Shown here: piece after piece, positions 58,533 to 64,000 of the stretch
Layout of the letters: each line of letters opens with the position of its first letter
Numbering within the stretch: position 1 is the stretch's first letter
Program-made: the position numbers and the translations under genes
Notes under the pieces: model-generated
The model's database searches: none
What the model saw: the letters and a program-made list of their open reading frames with translations, nothing else
Told to the model about the DNA's origin: nothing
NCBI GenBank assembly: GCA_963848635.1
Contig: CAWKEA010000005.1
Location: forward strand, 15,275 to 79,274
Direction: 5' to 3'
From: an uncultured bacterium
Lineage (GTDB): Bacteria > Patescibacteriota > Minisyncoccia > Phycocordibacterales > PALSA-1337
Length of the DNA: 64,000 bases

Positions 58533-59498
58533 CTAAGCAAGAACGCCTATCGCCTTTTTCGCTTCCTCAAGCTTGGCGTCAGCGATCTTTTTTGCAGCGA
58601 TTCCCCCTTTTTCCAAAATCTTCAAGACTTTTTTCGGGTCTTTTGCCAATTCGGCGCGGCGCTCGCGCATAGGTCTGATAAAGGCGTCGATGTCCTCGAT
58701 CAAAGCTTCCTTCAGTATCTTATACTTGCCCTTATTCGCATCGTAGACAGGCTTGAGCTCTGCTTCAGCCTTGAATAATTTGTGGATGGCATAGACATTC
58801 GCCGGTATGCCGCCGGCCTCTGGACCGCCTGAATCCGTCACAATAGACATGACAGCCTTTGTTATCTCGTCGCGGCTGGCAAAGAGCGGAATGGTGTTGC
58901 TATAGCTCTTTGACATCTTGCGACCGTCAATGCCAGGAACGATAGCGACATGGTCAAGGATAAGCGGCTCGGGCAGTTTGAACATCTCGGCCTTGAAAGC
59001 AAAATTGAATTTTTGCGCGATATCTCGGGCATATTCGACGTGTTGCTTTTGATCCTGCCCGACAGGCACAACATCTGTTCCATAAAGAAGGATATCCGCC
59101 GCCATGAGCACTGGATAGTTGAAAGTGCCGACATTTATTTCTTTGCCCTTCGCTTGAGCGTCCTTGAAAGCGTGCGCACGCTCGAGGTATGGCACTGTCA
59201 CGATCGTATCGAATATCCATGCGAGCTCTGTGTGCGCCGAAACGTCAGATTGTTTGAAGAGAATCGATTTTTTTGGGTCAAGGCCGATAGCGAGATAATC
59301 AAGAGCGAGCTCGAGCGTCAACTTGCGCATCTCTTCCTTGTCTTGGATCAAGTTCAACGCATGGTAATCTGCAATAAAAAGAAAACAGTCATAATCGCCG
59401 GTATTCTGCAGATCGACGAATTGCTTCATCGCGCCAAAGTAATTGCCGATATGAGCCTGACCGGTAGGCTTGACGCCAGAAAGTAAGGTTTTTTTCAT
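58533..59498 (-). CDS. trpS: tryptophan--tRNA ligase
   Basis: SGVKPTGQAHIGNYFGA (HIGH) and KMSKS motifs. 321 aa. Confidence 0.9.
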   Translation of the reverse strand: MKKTLLSGVKPTGQAHIGNYFGAMKQFVDLQNTGDYDCFLFIADYHALNLIQDKEEMRKLTLELALDYLAIGLDPKKSILFKQSDVSAHTELAWIFDTIVTVPYLERAHAFKDAQAKGKEINVGTFNYPVLMAADILLYGTDVVPVGQDQKQHVEYARDIAQKFNFAFKAEMFKLPEPLILDHVAIVPGIDGRKMSKSYSNTIPLFASRDEITKAVMSIVTDSGGPEAGGIPANVYAIHKLFKAEAELKPVYDANKGKYKILKEALIEDIDAFIRPMRERRAELAKDPKKVLKILEKGGIAAKKIADAKLEEAKKAIGVLA

Positions 59499-59566
59499 AC
59501 ACTGAATGATACCAAAAAATAGTTGATTATGCCAAATGAGGCAGGGTGGGCGTATGACACCGCTTT

Positions 59567-60523
59567 TTATATCCCCTCCCCCTTCAATCCTTCAATCAAT
59601 TCTTTCGCCTTCTTGCTCAATTTTCGAGGCATTTCGACATGTGTGACAACGAGGAGGTCGCCGCGGTTTGTATGTGGATTGCCGGTAAATGCGCCGCGTG
59701 TCTCGTAAGGCACGCCCTTGCCCTTGATGCGCAGTATCTCGCCATGGCTCGTGCCGGCGGGAATCTGGAGCTCGATCGTGCCGTCGACTTCCGGATTCAA
59801 AGCCTTTATATCTATCGCACCGCCAGTCAAGGCAGTCGTCAGCTTTACCGGCAGATCCATGACAAGATTGAGGCCTTCCTTTCGGAACGTCGGATGCGTC
59901 TCGACCCAGACACGGACGATGAGGTCGCCGGGGCCCCCGTCGCCCTCTTCGCCTTTGCCTGCGACCCGCAGACCTTGGCTATTCTCGATGCCAGGCGGGA
60001 TCTTGACTACCAGCTTCTCCTTGCGGCCGCCGATCGAGAATTCCTTTTCAACTCCAAAGATCGAGTCTTTGAAGGAGATTTGCACATCTACCGTGACGTT
60101 TGCCCCTTTTCGCGGCCTGTGCCTGCCTCCTCCGCCGCCAAAAAAATCGCCAAAGAGGTCGCCGATGTCGAATTCAAACGACTGGCCATTAAAATTGCCA
60201 CCCTGTGTGAATTGAGAAAAGTCAAAGCCACCGAATCCCTGACCGCCGTTGAAGCCGCCAAAGCCGCCTTGAAAACCGCCGGCTCCTTGGTTAAAGCCAG
60301 CGCCGCCAGGCCCTGCCGAGCCGAACCGATCATATTGTGCTCGTTTATTATCATCCGACAATATGGCGTAGGCCTCGCTGGCCTCCTTGAACTTTTTCGA
60401 GGCTTCTTCATTGCCTTTATTCTTGTCGGGATGATATTTATGCGCGAGCTTGTAGAAGGCTTTTTTCAGCTCGTCTTTTGTGGCTGTCTTTTCGACGCCG
60501 AGTGTTTTGTAGTAATCTTTCAT
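59567..60523 (-). CDS. dnaJ: DnaJ-family co-chaperone lacking the zinc-finger domain (CbpA/type II-like)
   Basis: J domain with HPD (HKYHPDKN), G/F-rich linker and C-terminal substrate-binding domains. No CxxCxGxG repeats. Confidence 0.8.
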   Translation of the reverse strand: MKDYYKTLGVEKTATKDELKKAFYKLAHKYHPDKNKGNEEASKKFKEASEAYAILSDDNKRAQYDRFGSAGPGGAGFNQGAGGFQGGFGGFNGGQGFGGFDFSQFTQGGNFNGQSFEFDIGDLFGDFFGGGGGRHRPRKGANVTVDVQISFKDSIFGVEKEFSIGGRKEKLVVKIPPGIENSQGLRVAGKGEEGDGGPGDLIVRVWVETHPTFRKEGLNLVMDLPVKLTTALTGGAIDIKALNPEVDGTIELQIPAGTSHGEILRIKGKGVPYETRGAFTGNPHTNRGDLLVVTHVEMPRKLSKKAKELIEGLKGEGI

Positions 60524-60524
60524 A

Positions 60525-60791
60525 TTAATAGATTTGATCGTGCGATCCCATTCCGCGCAACGTAACGCTCTCTTCATCTAATGTGAATGTTATCCGCATA
60601 TCATAACCAACTCTGCACGCATGCAAATCTTTGAGCGCCCCATGAAGCCTGTGTGTCTTGAGCGACGGAGAGAACACATCTTTCTCGAGAAGCCGCACGA
60701 CGGATGACCATTTTTTCTTTATCGCAGGATTCTTACGCAGTATGTCGCGTGATAGCCTAACAAATGCCGGAGTTGCATAAACAGTTCGCAT
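60525..60791 (-). CDS. type II toxin-antitoxin system toxin, RelE/ParE family
   Basis: The C-terminal LHGALKDLHACRVGYDMRITFTLDEESVTLRGMGSHDQIY matches the RelE/ParE core (R-VG-Y-RI-Y ... H-IY). Confidence 0.6.
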   Translation of the reverse strand: MRTVYATPAFVRLSRDILRKNPAIKKKWSSVVRLLEKDVFSPSLKTHRLHGALKDLHACRVGYDMRITFTLDEESVTLRGMGSHDQIY

Positions 60792-60805
60792 GGCATTATG
60801 TAGTT

Positions 60806-60994
60806 TTACAATCCCCTAGTGACTTCCGCGATGAGTGCATTTGCCGAGGTGTATTTTTTGGCTTTGCCGTTGCGGACCTCCCAGTCAGATTGCATCATTT
60901 CCAATTGAAAGAATTGCTTGCGCAGTTCGCTAATCATACTTGAGATCCTTTTTGATTGCTTCTTTATTTTTGTTGTAGTTGTAGCAATTTTCAT
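60806..60994 (-). CDS. putative cognate antitoxin (small ORF immediately upstream of the toxin)
   Basis: A 62-aa ORF separated by 14 bp from the toxin gene on the same strand. No strong family motif; the assignment is by position only. Confidence 0.3.
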   Translation of the reverse strand: MKIATTTTKIKKQSKRISSMISELRKQFFQLEMMQSDWEVRNGKAKKYTSANALIAEVTRGL

Positions 60995-61360
60995 AGGTTT
61001 ATTCTAACAATTTGGTCCTCATTTGCCTACTTGACACACATATTATTATGTGATAAGTTTTCATTAGTTTCGCAAGGCTGAGTAGGCTTTGCATCGGTTC
61101 ATTGAATCAAAACTTTTTGGAATAATTGCCTGGTAGCCTTGATAATAATTCTTTTCCAAAGGCCCTCGTTCGCTCTCCCGACCCACCAACCAGTGGATTC
61201 GGGAAAGCCGACGAGGGTCCTTTTCTTTTTCAGTGTCCATAAAAGTCGGCAAGATTATTGTCAACTTTTTGAAGTGGCAAAGAGCGCTATCCCTCTACTT
61301 CTTCTCCTTAAACTCGGCCCTGCTTCGCTAAAGCTACGCAGGACCTATTCGTATTTCGAG

Positions 61361-63277
61361 TTATTTCTTTTCTTTGAACTCGGCATCCTTCACATTATCT
61401 GCACCGCCTTCCCCGCCAGAATTCTGGCCACCTGCTTGACCGGCTTGGCCAGCTTGCGGGCCACCCTGCGGCGCTTGCTGTTGCATATACTGCCCTATCT
61501 TCTGAATCTCATCCGACAACGCACTTGTCGATGCTTTTATGGCTGCGAGGTCTGGCGTTGTCGAATCTTTGACGCGCTTCAAATCTGCGACTTTGTCCTC
61601 GATCAACTTGCGCAGATCGGCCGGCACTTTGTCGCCAGCGTCTTTGAGGGCCTTTTCGGCAGTATAGACGAGCTGTTCAGCGATGTTCTTTGCTTCGACA
61701 GCGTCCTTTTTTGCAGAATCAGCTGCGGCGTTCAATTCCGCGTCCTTTTTCATCTTCTCCACTTCTTCTTTTGAAAGGCCGGATGAAGCAGTGATTTTGA
61801 TGGAATTCGACTTCCCTGTCGCTTTGTCTTTTGCCGACACATTCAATATGCCGTTCGCGTCGATGTCGAAAGTGACTTCGATCTGCGGCATTCCGCGCGG
61901 CGCCGGAGAGATGCCGCCGAGATTGAACTGGCCAAGCGATTTGTTGTCAGCAGCGAGCGGGCGTTCGCCTTGTGTGATATGTATCGTCACTTCTGTCTGA
62001 TTGTCAGCGGCCGTCGAGAACGTCTGCGAGCGCTGTGTCGGCACAGTCGTGTTCTTTTCGATCAATTTCGTCGCCACGCCGCCCATGGTCTCGATGCCGA
62101 GCGACAGCGGAATGACATCGAGGAGAAGCACGTCATGAACATCGCCTCCGAGGATTCCTCCTTGGATAGCGGCGCCTACCGCAACCACCTCGTCTGGATT
62201 GACGCTCATATTCGGCTCCTTGCCAAAATATGCTTTCACTGCAGCCTGAATAGCAGGCATGCGCGTCTGGCCACCGACGAGGATAACTTCGTTGAGATCG
62301 CCAACTTTGAATGGTGATGCGTCCATTGCTTGCTTTGTTTTCGCCATGGCGCGATCGATGAATTCTGCACAGAGATTTTCGAGCTGTGCGCGGGTAAAGG
62401 TGACGAGCAAGTGCTTCGGCCCGTCAGCTCCGCTCGTTATGAACGGGATGTTTATTTCCGTCTGCATGGCCGTCGACAATTCGATCTTTGCCTTTTCTGC
62501 CGCTTCATCGAGGCGTTGCAGTGCAAGGGCGTCCTTCTTCAGATCGACGCCGTTCTCTTTCATAAAGGTGTCCGCGAGCCAATTGACTATCTTTGCATCA
62601 ATGTCGCGACCGCCGAGATGGCTGTCGCCATCGGTCGATTTGACTTCGATCGTATCGGCGCCGACTTCGAGCACGCTGATATCGAAGGTTCCGCCGCCGA
62701 AGTCGAAGACTGCGATCTTTTCGTCCTTTTTCTTGTTAAAGCCGTAGGCCAAGGCTGCCGCTGTCGGCTCGTTGATAATGCGTTTGACGTCGAGCCCGGC
62801 GATCTGGCCGGCGTCTTTTGTTGCCTGGCGCTGGCTATCGTTAAAGTAAGCCGGCACAGTTATGACCGCCTCTGTTATCTTTTCTCCGAGGCGCGTTTCG
62901 GCGTCTGTCTTTAATTTCTGCAGGATCATCGCGCTGACTTCCTCAGGACGCATCCATTTACCGGCGAGGTTCACTTCGATGCCGCCCGACGCCGATTTGC
63001 GCGTCTCGAATGGCACGTTCTTGATGTCTTTCTGCACGCCTGGATCGTCATACGTGTGACCCATAAAGCGCTTGATCTGAAAGATCGTATTTTTCGGGTT
63101 CGTCACAGCCTGCCTCTTTGCAAGGAGGCCGACGAGCCGTTCGCCTGTCTTTGACTGCGCGACTATCGAAGGCGTCGTTCGCGCGCCTTCTGCATTTTCG
63201 AGGACCTTTGGCGTTCCGGCTTCCATGACGGCTACTGCCGAGAACGTCGTTCCGAGGTCTATTCCTATTATTTTTGA
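61361..63277 (-). CDS. dnaK: molecular chaperone DnaK (Hsp70)
   Basis: [22 protein letters not shown] and full Hsp70 architecture with a C-terminal G/Q-rich tail. Confidence 0.9.
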   Translation of the reverse strand, partial: SKIIGIDLGTTFSAVAVMEAGTPKVLENAEGARTTPSIVAQSKTGERLVGLLAKRQAVTNPKNTIFQIKRFMGHTYDDPGVQKDIKNVPFETRKSASGGIEVNLAGKWMRPEEVSAMILQKLKTDAETRLGEKITEAVITVPAYFNDSQRQATKDAGQIAGLDVKRIINEPTAAALAYGFNKKKDEKIAVFDFGGGTFDISVLEVGADTIEVKSTDGDSHLGGRDIDAKIVNWLADTFMKENGVDLKKDALALQRLDEAAEKAKIELSTAMQTEINIPFITSGADGPKHLLVTFTRAQLENLCAEFIDRAMAKTKQAMDASPFKVGDLNEVILVGGQTRMPAIQAAVKAYFGKEPNMSVNPDEVVAVGAAIQGGILGGDVHDVLLLDVIPLSLGIETMGGVATKLIEKNTTVPTQRSQTFSTAADNQTEVTIHITQGERPLAADNKSLGQFNLGGISPAPRGMPQIEVTFDIDANGILNVSAKDKATGKSNSIKITASSGLSKEEVEKMKKDAELNAAADSAKKDAVEAKNIAEQLVYTAEKALKDAGDKVPADLRKLIEDKVADLKRVKDSTTPDLAAIKASTSALSDEIQKIGQYMQQQAPQGGPQAGQAGQAGGQNSGGEGGADNVKDAEFKEKK

Positions 63278-63402
63278 CATGATTTTGATATTTGACAATT
63301 AATGAGTAATATGCTAATCTATTTCCAGTTCTATTAACCTTAACAATTGCTCGTTTGACCAAGTAAACACTTGGAGGTTAGAGCAAAAGAAAGATTTTTG
63401 TT

Positions 63403-63675
63403 ATGAATGATAATTGGTGGAATATGTTGGCTGCCATCTTTATTCTCATCGTTTGTGTAGTTGTGGTAAGTATCCTTTTGTCGGTGTTAGTCGTGGAACC
63501 CCTACAAAGACGAAAATTTAATAAGGAGATGATTCACCTACACGGTCTGATTATGGATGACCCCAATTCAGATCCTGCCCTGGTCAAAGCAAGCGAGGAA
63601 GTGCGGCAACTCATCAAACTTGATAATCGAGTCCGTGCTCGGCTATCTCCCTTCCGTTATTTGCGACGGAATTGA
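63403..63675 (+). CDS. hypothetical small membrane protein
   Basis: A 90-aa ORF with one TM helix. No family recognised. Confidence 0.3.
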   Translation: MNDNWWNMLAAIFILIVCVVVVSILLSVLVVEPLQRRKFNKEMIHLHGLIMDDPNSDPALVKASEEVRQLIKLDNRVRARLSPFRYLRRN

Positions 63676-63807
63676 GAGCAACTGATTCACAAAGCGGTTT
63701 GGCATATGTCGGCCGCTTTTTCTTTTCCCTGTCTGCCGACAGACAAGCCAACTTTTTAATGAACTGCTTACCCGATGGCCTAGGGTGGTGGTATACTTTT
63801 TCGAGGC

Positions 63808-63837
63808 ATGTTTACAATGTATATACATTGTAAACAT
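63808..63837. promoter_or_regulatory. 30-bp perfect palindrome, candidate operator
   Basis: ATGTTTACAATGTAT|ATACATTGTAAACAT is perfectly self-complementary. Confidence 0.4.
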
Positions 63838-64000
63838 CGACTAAAAGAACATACGCCTACCCCACCTGCTCAACATTTTTTGTACGGTTCACCCCAAGTA
63901 TCTAAGCCTGCTTTTTTGAAGTTGAAGGCCTACTTTTCAATAACCTCCACAATCTTTGCCGGGCTTCTCTGCCCTTTCACCAACTTGACCGACTGGTTTG

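Noticed and set aside
63278-63400. CIRCE (HrcA) element upstream of dnaK
   Set aside because: Only a partial TTAGCA...TACTCA resemblance was found, with no inverted-repeat partner. Not supported.

Overview
This 64-kb window is a chromosomal fragment, most likely from a small-genome, CPR/Patescibacteria-like bacterium. That assignment is an inference from the gene content: a short IF-2, many modular type IV pilins, a giant surface protein and several peptidoglycan hydrolases. GC content looks roughly 50% by eye, with two visibly AT-richer blocks.

The backbone is housekeeping genes: frr (cut by the window start), rseP, an ABC transporter pair, rpmE, prfA, tgt, a PfkB kinase, fba, rplY, lexA, rbfA, infB, a cysteine desulfurase, rpoB, rpoC, cysS, a corA-like gene, an S41 protease, rplI, rpmA, gltX, murG, ftsW, scpAB, trpS, dnaJ and dnaK.

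Accessory content:
- An IS481/IS3-type DDE transposase sits in an AT-rich block at about 2.1-3.5 kb, next to a CYTH protein and a divergent NDK-like protein.
- A type IV pilus module (PilB, PilC) is followed by three genes with prepilin-type N-termini, one fused to a beta-propeller-like domain. A separate pilin carries a LamG-like domain.
- A 5.15-kb gene for a giant surface protein (beta-helix, Fn3-like repeats, two C-terminal peptidoglycan-binding repeats) sits between two tRNA clusters: Leu-TAG and Lys-CTT on one side, Leu-TAA and Cys-GCA on the other.
- An HNH endonuclease gene lies between tRNA-Leu(TAA) and tRNA-Cys and runs into the tRNA-Leu sequence.
- One protein is built from nine tandem 11-residue repeats, encoded by a 33-bp DNA repeat.
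- An SLT transglycosylase and an M23 peptidase sit next to a 2-kb AT-rich cassette of small hypothetical genes bounded by near-identical 40-bp direct repeats.
- A RelE/ParE-type toxin plus a small partner ORF is wedged between dnaK and dnaJ.
- A 30-bp perfect palindrome lies near the window end.

Four single-base frameshifts interrupt otherwise conserved reading frames: one in the LOG gene, two compensating ones in rpoB, and one in ftsW. Sequencing indels are the simplest explanation. No rRNA genes or CRISPR arrays were found. Boundaries of the small hypothetical ORFs and of the IS element are approximate.
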